Positions 1-11,453 of a stretch of 64,000 bases of DNA are shown here, piece after piece. Origin of the DNA: Azolla caroliniana (lineage: Eukaryota; Plantae; Polypodiophyta). Made by a program: the position numbers and the translations under genes. A model generated the notes under the pieces. That model did not search any database, was not told where the DNA came from, and saw only the letters and a list, made by a program, of their open reading frames with translations. Location of the stretch: positions 17,050,001-17,114,000 of the forward strand of contig JBHGNT010000011.1 in the NCBI GenBank assembly GCA_043228905.1. Reading direction: 5' to 3'. Every line of letters begins with the position of its first letter. The stretch's first letter is position 1.

Positions 1-1604
1 CTTGCGTTTTTCGTGGGGGTCAGACTCTGGCTTGATCTGTTGCTTTTTTGCGTTTTTGCTCTTTTTTTTTGCGTTTTGGGCCACCGCCACATCCTACAGC
101 GTTTTCTTCTTCTTCTTCTTCTTTTCCGAGTCTCTTTGACCTATTCACCCCCCCAAATCCTTATCCATTCCCTTTTGACGTGTCTTTTTTACTCACTTTC
201 TCCCTCCCCACTTCCTTGGCCCTTTGACCCACCCATTTGACCTATTCCCATCCATCCCTTTATTGACCTTGACCTTTAGTTTTTCTCTTGCTTCGTCATT
301 CTTGAATCGTTGCTTGCCACAAGACATCCTCAGTTTGACCCAGGTTTCTTGCGTCCATATTCTTCAAGCCATTTGTTGTTTCTCTCTGTGCAATTAGTTT
401 GGATTTGACATGCCCGTGCACCATAGCCAAAATGGATTCTATGTTCATCACCCAAGTTTCGTTTCCATGGGTTAATTGATTGCTGAGATTCGTAATTATC
501 AACTCTAGTGATGTATGAAGGAAATAATCACCACTAACTCATGGGGTTTGACAAAATTGAATTTCATACGTCGATGACTCTAGAATGTTATATGTTGTTT
601 TACATCACATCGTCTTATAATGTAGTAATTCTTAATATATAATCACACTTATTCAACATAAATTATAGGGGAAATGCATAGCTTGTAATTCATACACCAT
701 TTCTCTATGAGTCAAAAATTTACTTTAAAAATGAAAAATTAAACTCAAGACTTTGTGGGAAAGATGTAAAATACATATTGTGATTTCTCAATTATGTTTT
801 ATGAGGATGCAAAATCATTCCAAACAATAGTACTGTGAGGACCTAGGTAGTGAGGCTCTATGTCAAATATGATGCGATCATGCTCATGTGCGTGTGGACA
901 GGTGTCAATGTACAATCCATGGAAGCCTACATGTGTTTGGTGTGTTGCCATCTAATGAGTTGCCATCTTTAGGCACCCAACATGGGGATATGTTATGTAT
1001 TAGGTTGTTGGGAGATTGAAACTCGACATATCCTTCTTGTTTTTTTCGCTTTCCTCTTCATCTTCAAAGTCTAATATTGTGAATGGGAATATACATTAGA
1101 TTGTTATTGTGATTATAATTTGTGAACATGAATGATTAGGATGTGGCATTTTTGGATTTCTTACAAAGTATCGTTCACATTCATTTGATGTGGTACGCTA
1201 CTATGAATCTAAGACATTATTAACTTCTTTACACTTGTCTAATTGGTTATTAATCTGAGTATGTGTGATTATAAGGGATGTGCAAAAACTTATCTCGTGA
1301 ATTACAAGGAATCATGGTCGAACAATAAAGAAAACTATACTAGTGCTCCAAAATTAAATGGTCATTGTTCTCTATGAGCTTCAATGGAATTATTAATAAA
1401 AATTCAATAACTATTTATGAATGATATTGTAACAATGAAATAGTCGTTATGTTAATCACTTCCTCTTGAAAGATGTTAAATAGACACGAGGGACAAAATC
1501 AATGTCACACAACACAAAATCACTAGTAAGAGAGGGCAACATTAAATTATAAAATGTTAAAGGTAACCATTATATTGTTCATATATATATATATACAATT
1601 GACA

Positions 1605-2009
1605 CTAAAAACTCGAGCAATTGGTGGAGGATGTAATAACTGGGATAGAGTATCCAATCAAACCACAACGTGTAGTGAGTTGTGTGTCTATGCCATCTGG
1701 CACTCCCACATACTCTTGTGCCATTTGGATCCATTCACATATCCGTTCTCGTTCCACCTCTGATAAGTTGTCTGCAAGCAATTGAATGAATTCTAAAATG
1801 TTATTGCAACAAACCTGTGATGGTTGTGAGTTGAGGTCGAGAATGTAGCGCCAACATGTTAAGACACTCTCTAATAAAATGGTGCAATTCGCCCTATTGC
1901 CTTCCACCATTGGCCACATCATTGTTATATTCCATGTTAATAATAGCATCATTGACCATGTTATGATGTTTGGACGGACAAAATTGTTGCATTTATTGTC
2001 CAACTTCAT
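1605..2009 (-). CDS. Non-specific lipid transfer protein-like (prolamin 8-cysteine-motif family), single exon
   Basis: 134-aa ORF with a hydrophobic N-terminal leader and the pattern C-X9-C-X14-CC-X22-CXW-X21-C-X15-C. The spacing is type-I nsLTP-like, with Cys6 replaced by Trp. The C-terminus (SIPVITSSTNCS) is typical. Confidence 0.8.
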   Translation of the reverse strand: MKLDNKCNNFVRPNIITWSMMLLLTWNITMMWPMVEGNRANCTILLESVLTCWRYILDLNSQPSQVCCNNILEFIQLLADNLSEVERERICEWIQMAQEYVGVPDGIDTQLTTRCGLIGYSIPVITSSTNCSSF

Positions 2010-4316
2010 TATGTTCCTGTATTACTACTCATTTTAAGCCTAAAGTTTCTCAAAGGTTGCAAAACCAAACTTATCATAAACACACTTAATTGAAATCTAT
2101 TTAAGGGATTCTAATGAATCATCATGTAACTCTTTAAGGACGCAAAATGAAACTCATATTGCAATAGATGAAATACAAGGTTCAACTCCATATAATCGAA
2201 ACTATTTTTGGATTCAAGGTTTATAGAAATGCCAAAGTTGTCAATAACTATATGTATATAGAACCTTAGTTTTGTAGATCATTTCAACAACTAATTAGGA
2301 GACACTCAAGGGATATATTTAAGAAGAAAACATTATGGTTTTGAATGGTGCAAATCTTCATGCAAAAACTTGATTGATGCAAAGCTCCATGAAAATGTAA
2401 ACTTTATGGTCGTTATTTTCATGTGAATGCTTACCTTTGGTGCCAAATAGTGGTTGGTTATTACTCCTTGAGAATCACCGGAGCATGGAATCTAAACCTT
2501 TCCAATGAGAATATGTTCCATTCCCAGTTATGCAATATGTTTGTATATATACACTTGTGAGTGTGTATGTATCCTTGATCTATCTTTGTCCACGTTGCCC
2601 ATTTTTTGTGGCATAATATATCATGTAAATTGATAAATCTCGATATCACTATATTTGTTGCACTTAACTACCATCTATCATGTTGTCAACCTAGATGTAA
2701 ATTCCAAACTCCAAACAACACATTGCAAGTTCATCAAATATTGTAATAAAATTTTGTGTGTATTTCATATTACATACAAATCACTTCTCTATTTGAAATA
2801 TCGGGCCTTACTACATTTCTCTTATATGTAACCACTCTTGTTGCGAACTTTCGGGCATTTATATATTTGAACTACATACAATAATTTTTATGTACCCTAT
2901 ATTTCTCATATATTGTTTTTTTAAAGATGTTTGGGGTCATTATATTTTTAGTTACTCATCATCATAGTTATTAACTTTGGAATTGTGAATATGTCACCTT
3001 GGATACATGAAATCTCCCTTTTTAGTTGCTCGCGCCATTATCCAAGGTATGATTTGTGTGTATTATTCAAGAGATCATCAAGATGCCTCGTCAACACTTT
3101 GCATTCAATCTTTAAAGTTTGCTTGCTCTCTAAGTGTTGTGAATAGGAGTGAAGCATGATGGTAAAAAACCGTCACTATTTGATTCCAAGTCATATGGTG
3201 TCCGTTTGCACAACCATGGATATTACTCCATTGATTAAATGCTTAGGGTTTACATATATCCACAAGATTGATTGGGACAACAAATCATATTGTGTTCAAT
3301 GTAGAACAACTATTATCTTAATGCCAATTGACACTAAAAACAATCACGTTGTGTTAATTTACATTCTCCCTAGATACTACCTATTAGGCCCAAGTATTGT
3401 TCCCCAAATTGAAGCTCAAAAGCTTGGCTACAAGTCATATACATCCCATACTACAATTAGTGGAGTGTAGTGCAAATTTGTTATGACTCTACAATTGCAT
3501 GTTGAATTTATGGCACATCCTTACAAAACCATACTCCTCAGATGATCTACCCAATTCTAATAGGGTGGGGGAAAATACATTAAAAATGTACAATACAACC
3601 TTATAAACCCACATTCATTGGTTACCATGACATCATCTCCTCCTTGAGCATTGACTTTAGCAACAATGAATTTGTTGGTTTCCAAGTGACTTTAAAGTTT
3701 ATACTAATGTCAACCTTCTCGTGATATTAGATTCCAATTTTGGCATATTGAACTCTTTGAATCCAATACCTATTGGACTTCATACTTGTTGCTTCAAGTA
3801 GTTTACTTTTCAATGGCAATTTGTGATGCAAAAAGGGGGGTTACTACTGAGAGCATGGGGAATTATGGTTGGCATGAACCCACATGTGCTATGGTTCTCT
3901 TTCTTTGTGGCTATGCTTGTTTGTTCATAGTGTACGGTGTGCAATTAACTTATTGTATATTTGCTCAAGCTTGCATACACATTTCTTTCAAGGGTACTCG
4001 AGCTTTGGTGAGACATATGGTGGGTGTTCATTTAACATGTGAGTATGAGTTACCAGAGACCATGTTTATGCTCACAACTACAAGGTATTCTAAAGGCAAA
4101 TTTGATACGTTGCCTTTCTATAGTGTACTAGGGTTGTTTTGCGAATGTTTCCTTCAATAGAACCTTGAATATTACATTATGGCATACAATTTTGGAAGAC
4201 TAAATAGTTTCAAAGACTTGGTGACAATACAATCTACATACAAAGACCTTAATAATTATGTGTCAAACCCCAATGAGGTGACAAAAACCACTAGAAGCAT
4301 AGTTTTATAAATTTCC

Positions 4317-4492
4317 CATACATACATACATACATACATACGTACATACATACATACATACATACATACATACATACGTACATACATACATACATACATA
4401 CATACGTACATACATACATACATACATACATACATACATACATACATACATACATACATACATACATACACACATACATACACACATACACA
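4317..4492. repeat. (CATA)n microsatellite, continued at 5437-5486
   Basis: Direct reading. The tract is split by the TIR element at 4493-5436. Confidence 0.97.
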
Positions 4493-5436
4493 CCGTGGTG
4501 TCTAACTACTACCAAATATTAAAGAGGCCAAGTGAGGGAATCGCGGAGAGGGACGGTGCAGGTCGCACCGCTGATGGCGCGTTCGATCTCCACCGTCAAA
4601 GATGGATGTGGAATAGGCGCGAAAAAGCGCGCCACGTAAAAAGGGAGCCCGGCTCATACAAAATGGAGCCCGACTCATTAAAGAAGGGCTCCACTTTGTG
4701 AAAGGGAGCCCTTCTCATTCATGTTCAGGGAAGTATAAAAACCCATTCAGGCAAAATGGAGCCCGACTCATTAAAGAATGGCTCCATTTTGTCAAAAGGG
4801 AGCCCTTCTCATTCATGTTCAAGGAAGTATAAAAACCCATTTTCTGTCATTTTCTGTCATTTTCTGTCATTCGTGGGTTTGAGGGTTTAGGGTTTTTGAG
4901 CGAGGCGCACCACCTGTCTGCGAGCACTCGTTGCAAACATCTCCGGTGAGGCACTGCGAGCACCTGCAGTCCAGAGGTAGGCATCATATTCCTTCTATTA
5001 GGTTTTGGTTTTTATTAGGTATCATATTCTTTCTATTAGGTTTAGGGTTGCTTCTAATAGGTACCATAAATGTGTGTATGATTAAATACATGCATGTGTG
5101 TATGAGGGCTCCCTTTCGCAGAGTCGGGCTCCTTTTGACAGAGTCGGGCTCCTTCTTACTGATGTGGTCTAACAGCGGGGCTCCTTCTGACAGAGTTGGG
5201 CTCCCTCTTGTAGAGGCTGTCTGACAACGGGGCTCCTTTTGACAGAGTCGGGCTCCCTTTCGTAGAGTCGGGCTCCTTTTCACAGAGTCGGGCTCCTTGT
5301 GACAGACGTTGTCAGCTTTTTATCCATCTTGGACGGTGGAGATCGAACGCGCCAACAACGGTGCGACCTGCACCGTCCCTCTCCGCGATTCCCTCACTCG
5401 CCCTCTTTAATATTTGGTAGCAGTTAGTCACGAGCC
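4493..5436. mobile_element. Non-autonomous DNA transposon (MITE, Mutator- or foldback-like) with ~110-bp TIRs and subterminal repeats
   Basis: 4498-4607 (gtgtctaactactaccaaatattaaagagg...caccgtcaaagatggat) is the near-perfect reverse complement of 5322-5431. GGAGCCCGACTC motifs on the left face GAGTCGGGCTCC motifs at ~20-bp spacing on the right. An internal ~90-bp tandem duplication spans 4659-4841. No transposase ORF. Confidence 0.88.
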
Positions 5437-8023
5437 ATACACACACACATACATACATACATACATACATACATACATACATACACAGTTACACTACCAC
5501 AGTCTACTACTATCACATTTTTAGAGGGGTGAGAGAGAGTCTGTGACTGCGTGACAGAGCAGACAGAGTGAGAGCGAGAAAGAAATGGCCAGTTTGCGAT
5601 CGTAAGAGCTGCTCACAGAGAAGACAAGAGGAAACATGATCGGCTCTACCCTTCTACGTCGGCTTCAGATTCATCCTTTGCGTAAGTACAGAGCGAACCC
5701 CTAACGTCTGTGTGCTTCTTCGAATGGTTTTCGAAATGTCCTATCCTCGATAATAGAGATTGCATCCAGCATGTAATGGAATGTTCGTCACCAAGATGTT
5801 GATCACAACATGGAATTGTTATTTGCATTGATCTACGTGTATTTAGGGCTTTTCAATTTGATCTATGTGAAACGAATGTTTTTAAAATCAATATCTGTAG
5901 ATCTAAAGTATGATTTTTAAATTCATCCATGTAAAACGACAGTTTTTAAATGTTTGAGTAGACTCAAAATTCAACAATGAACATGAAGTTAAATACTGAT
6001 CAGTGTGACCGTCTGATGTTATATGAATTGATTAATGTAAAAATAAGAGTTTTTTAATTTCATAAACCTTCAATATTCAACAATAAAGAAGAAGTTAAGC
6101 ATGAATGTGGCGTTTCTAAACCTATGCTCTTAATATAATAGGACCTACATTTTATATTTTGATTGATTGTGTAAGACAGTGTAACTTGGGTGTTTTAACT
6201 GTCAGATATCATCAATGTTCAACATCAGAGATGGAATTAAGAACGAAAATTTCTCTACCCAATGTTCACGTATGATTTTTTATAGTTATATGCACTGATA
6301 TCTTTTTTATTTCAAATTACCTGAGCAAGCACGATGCATTGATGTGGCAAATGCAAGGTCATTCATGCTTCAGGAGAGACAAAATAGAAAGTTTTTTTAA
6401 GACTGATTGATTTAATGAGATAAATCTGCAATGCAAGGTGATTCATGCTTCAGGAATATCTCCATAAGATTTCATAAACAACTTAGATATGCAGATAATA
6501 ATTGTTGTATCAGTATGAAATCACAAGGACACGAAAAAGTGTTTCAGTCTCCATTCATATTGGAAAAGAATGCACCATTTCATTATTACAAAAGATGAAC
6601 CTCAAAAGGACAGTGGCGTTACCTGGTACATCGTTGGATCTGACACCCCCATATTTCCTAGAAACTTAAGTTTATTAATTCTTTACATATACACTAGAGG
6701 GATGTTTATTTCATTTATCAAGAATAAGAGGACAGATCTCAAGAATCAAAAGCATGACTGCATCATCTCAGCATATTATTTGATCTCAAATCTACGTAGT
6801 TCATGAAAAAAGTATTAGTTAAATGCAACATTTGTTGATAGACATTTATCTCAAAGGGGAGACTCCATTAGCATGTAATTTGATCTCACACCCCCATAGT
6901 TTTTAGAAACTTAAGCTTGGATATTTTTGGTTTAATTACAAGGTCAACATAACTTCACTGTTCAGCAGATAGATAGATCTGTATAATGTCGTTGAAGGCC
7001 AAATATGGCCACTTAGACCCAAAAGAGCTTGCAACAACATGCCTCGATGTGGGTACAAGAGGTTTCTCCTCTTCTGTGAGGATGAGTTGGTAGGAAAATT
7101 AGAAGATGTGTCATGACCCAGAGTAGTGGTAGTGTCTAGAGGGGTGGCTGACATTGGTTTTCTGAAAAACCCATAAATGATTGATCCACAGACGGCCTAT
7201 TGGTGCACACTATTCTCATCTTCCAGGGTACATATAATTTTGTGATGGAATAAGCTCTTTTGTGATCCAAACCTTTGTGAAATATTGTGCTATTTTCTCT
7301 TAACTTTACAGATGATGTGACCACTAAGAATATGCTTTTCTGATTGAGTGTGGATTGATGCACCTCGTTTTGTTGTATTAAGTTCTGTGTGAAATAGCTT
7401 TATTGAGGAAGACAAGGGCTTCATAGAAGTTGTCAATCTGCACAGTTGAGGCCTTGATGCCATGACTTTTTTGAGATTCCATTAGACTTACACCAAGCTG
7501 GTCTTGCGAAGTCAGGACTGTGAATCGTGATATTCTTTTATAGGGCTCCTACTTCTTCTTCTTCATGCTCTCTCTGTCCTTGCTATTACTGATGCCTTTG
7601 GAGATTACTTGCACAAAGATGTGAGAGCATTGCCTAGTAATACTTCATTTAATGATAACTATTACTTTAGTTTGGGTTATTTCATTCTGGTTGGAATGAA
7701 AATGGGGACAAAACTCTGGAATGGATAACTTATTTTCAAGTTCATGCATACATCGATCCAATTTTGCGTACATGTCAAAATGTGTTCAAGAAGACCAGCA
7801 CTAAAGTTTAATCTTAATCTTGACCAGTGGAATAAAGGCTATTCGTTCATTTCCAGGGAATAAACACATGCAAGCATTTCAACACCTGAAGGGGTCAGAT
7901 AGAGGTGTTCTTAGAAATAATCTAATTGATGGGAACATAAGGTTTCATCAGTGAATATACTTCTTTATTTTCTGAATTGATTTATATACCTGCCATAGTA
8001 AATTAATGTTCATTTTGTGACAG

Positions 8024-9850
8024 TGAACGGCATTTCCATTCTGGGAAATCTGGAATGATTGGCACAACAGTATTGTGTGTTCGTAAAGGACCAACAGTGA
8101 TCATTATAGCAGATGGACAAGTAACTCTTGGATCGGAAATTGTAAAGCCAAATGTGAGGAAAGTAAGGAGAATTGGGGAGGATGTTATCGGTGGATTTGC
8201 AGGTTAAACAGACTCCTTTTTGTAATCGAATTTTTCTATAAACATTATCTTCATCTTGGTATTTGTTGGAACCACTGTAGGAGCCACGGCAGATGCGTTT
8301 ACGCTGTTTGAGAGGCTGGAAAGCCAACTTGAGGAGCATTCAGGTTTAGCATGCATGCAACAGAGTATTTAATATGGGCTCAATGTGATTGAACAACTTC
8401 TTTCCTTTGGGCATTCATGTTTCATGTGGGGATAACACCGATGGAAATATATGTATATGGGCAAATTCCAATTTTAATTTACCTTACTTTCCTAAAACTG
8501 GCCCAACTTTCCCCTCACACCACAAAAGAGAGAAGAAAGGGATGCATTGACCATGTAATTGAGAAAAAGGGATTGGATGATAAATATGATTGCTCAACAG
8601 GGCTTGCTGAAGGCATATTTGAGCAAGTAATGAAACTTAGGAGCATTTGAGGAAATAAAGAAAGGCATATTTGGGAGTTTTTCATTTTATATATAAACAC
8701 AAACCCAGACACACATATATTGTATTGATGTAAGTAAAAATAAAAAATTAGATAGTATGCTCATAACAAATTTTTTCGTTTTCTTGCATAATAACAGGGC
8801 AGGTATTTCTGTCAGAGAGCTTCCAAGATCTGCATGGTCTTTCCTGTTGACTGTTGTTTATTTGTACATTCCACCACACTTATTTTCTTATGATCATGTG
8901 CATGAGAGAAATCTGTTCTTTTTCATCTCTAGCTTACTCGTGCGGCTGTGGAGCTAGCTAAACAATGGAGAACGGACAAGTTTCTACGGCGGCTAGATGT
9001 AAGCACTGTCACTAGAGTTTTCTTCAAGGTTTGGGTTGTGGAAAGTGGTTCGTAAAGGTCATGTTATAGGAGAAACTGTTTGATCATGATCTCAAATTTT
9101 GTACTTTGTCTGACCTTCTTTGTACCTTCAATAGGCTGTAATGGTTGTCGCAGACGCAGAGATTTCACTCACTATAACAGGAAATGGTGATGTTTTAGAA
9201 CCACACGACGGTCTTGTTGGTGAGGAACTTTTATATATAAAAGTCATAAGGAAGCACCAATCTGAGAATTATGTGGCCAATATGAATGCACTATAATCTT
9301 GTATCTTATGTAGCAAAGTAGATATACTTCTCTCTCAAAACTAAAAGTTTCCTTTCAAGTGCTATCTAAAACTTAGTTTTGGGCTTCAGCAATTGGGTCA
9401 GGTGGACCTTATGCCATTGCCGCGGCAAGAGCATTGATAGACATCCCGAACATGGATGCAGAAACAATTGGTGAGCTAAAGATTGTGCTGTGAGGAATAG
9501 CGTTTCTTGTACAATTAATATAAACTTGTATTTTTATTTTTTAAGGAAGTCTGTATTGTACAGTTTGAGTATTTCAAAAAAGAAAAAGCTTATTGTTAGT
9601 ATTGTACATAATATATCTTAAACCAAAATTTGGGACTTGGGCAGCTCTAAAAGCCATGAAGATTGCAGCTGATAGCTGCATCTATACCAACCATAACTTC
9701 ACAATGGAGAAAATTGAAGCCTCAACCTGTCCAATCTCACAGGCGGATGATCAGTCTCACAAAACAGATAGTCATTCACAAAATTCACAGGATGACTCTG
9801 TTTCAAGTAGTAGCTCAACTGACAATAGGAGTGAAAAGAATAAGTCTTAA
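8024..9850 (+). CDS. hslV: ATP-dependent protease subunit HslV (ClpQ), probably organelle-targeted; 5' exon(s) unresolved (candidate ATGs at 5585 and 5636)
   Basis: GT-AG exons 8024-8202, 8281-8343, 8798-8802, 8933-8998, 9135-9219, 9390-9470 and 9645-9850 join in frame: [111 protein letters not shown]...TGNGDVLEP...[16 protein letters not shown]...[15 protein letters not shown]. Thr1 (8064), Asp17, Lys33 and GSGG are intact. Confidence 0.93.
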
Positions 9851-10618
9851 GATTTTGCGCTAAATTTTCCATTGTAGCTTCTGGCTTCATTGTCATGTAG
9901 AATTAATGAGAATGCAATTACAGTGGTACACATCCTCAGCAACTAATTTGCATTTCATCAATCCAAGGTTGTAGATTGGTATATTATACTATCAAGCAAT
10001 GTCGTTTCAATTCTATCTAATGAAGCTCTAGGGAGACATCCTTTTAATGAGAAGAATTTGGGCTCACTTTTTTGTAGGTTTTCGGTTTTAATTATTAGGT
10101 ATGTGAAAACTGAAATGTGCTACCCCAGATTTAGGGAGTAGAAATGGTAGTAACTAAAGCAATTGAATCATGTTAACAATTTCTGATGTTGTAGTACTAC
10201 ACTCTCTTCTCTAAGCTTATTCCTGTATATATGGGAGATGTTATGCAAGGTGATTTTGTCCAGTTAACTGTCAGAAGTCTAATTTAAAAAATGACAAACT
10301 TTTTAAACCTTAAAGCTGTCATTGTCATTGTAGTTCTTTTGTATATCTTTCTTTATATAAAAATATACTCCATCTTGCACTTTAATGGTAATTTGCAATA
10401 TGATACATTAATAAGTGGCTTATTTATTGTAACTTGTTTCTTTTAAAAGTAGTTGGAATTGCGAATTAGTTACTTCATCCATGTAAGCAAGTGAAACTTG
10501 ATCAATTATATATATGATGTTTTGCAGAATTGCCCAATGTGTTGATTAATTACTTGTTTGCATCAACTTCACATCACCCCTATGAAAGCCCAATGATAAA
10601 GCTATGTGCAATCACATC

Positions 10619-10907
10619 TTATATATTGATCTAAGGTAACTTAGCATCCTAAGGTCTTTGCCATTATATATGATATGGTCCAATGTCTGTTCAACAAACA
10701 ATGAATATATCATTTGTAAAAAAAATTCTACATTGGAATTTTAAAGAGTGAGAGTAATCTTAATAATGTCATCACAATACTCATGTTGAGTCTTATATAT
10801 TGATGTAAGGTAACTTAGCATCCTAAGTTCTTTTCCATTAGATGGGATATGATCCAATGTTTGCTATGCAAACAAATGAATGTGATCATTTGTAAAAATA
10901 TTCTAAA
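10619..10907. repeat. Diverged direct duplication of ~110 bp (copies start near 10619 and 10793)
   Basis: ttatatattgat.taaggtaacttagcatcctaag...tccaatgt...atcatttgtaaaaa.attcta occurs twice. Confidence 0.8.
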
Positions 10908-11017
10908 TTAGATGTTGTAAAATGATTTGGTGCTAGACCAATGGCTTTGTTTTTGTCTTCCTCTGTTCATTTAGTTCTTCTTTTATAACATTTTTCTTTT
11001 TTTCTTTAAAAAAAAAA

Positions 11018-11453
11018 TGTTGCCCATTAGTTAGGAAGAAATATAGGATGTACCATATGTACAAGAGCCAAGCCTCATATAGAGCACCGTGGCTTCGATT
11101 AACTCTAAAAAAACATGAAGCCTAGAGTGATCCTTCTTAGGGGAGAAAACCGAGGGTCTTCTATTATAAGATTTTGTTGTATTGTCTACACTTCTTTAGT
11201 TGTAAAACCTATCATAAAGCTCAACATTTGGAGGAATCACTCTCTTCTTCTTCTTCCAAAATGAAGCTACTTTCCCATTAGTTAGGAAGGATTATTACAA
11301 AGAGACTGTACAAGGAGGCTTTTACATAGATTGGGGAATCTCCCTCCGATCAAGTTCAAGAAAATGAGACTAGTTACATCGCCTTTCGGACTGACTACTT
11401 AATGTAAGTACTTGTACATTTGGAGGGATCACTCTAATTTCCCACCTTCAACA
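11018..11453 (+). mobile_element. Possible degenerate solo LTR
   Basis: Begins TGTTG and ends TCAACA, with an internal TATA-like ctattataag. No matching TSD. Confidence 0.3.

Noticed and set aside
2700-4200. Possible ancient retroelement remnants (also at 6930-7500 and 25300-26500)
   Set aside because: No motif could be read with confidence without a search.
4256-4515. ORFs of repeating MYVC
   Set aside because: Translations of the (CATA)n microsatellite.
8024-9850. HslV as bacterial contamination or recent horizontal transfer
   Set aside because: At least six spliceosomal introns, host-like composition and plant neighbouring genes.
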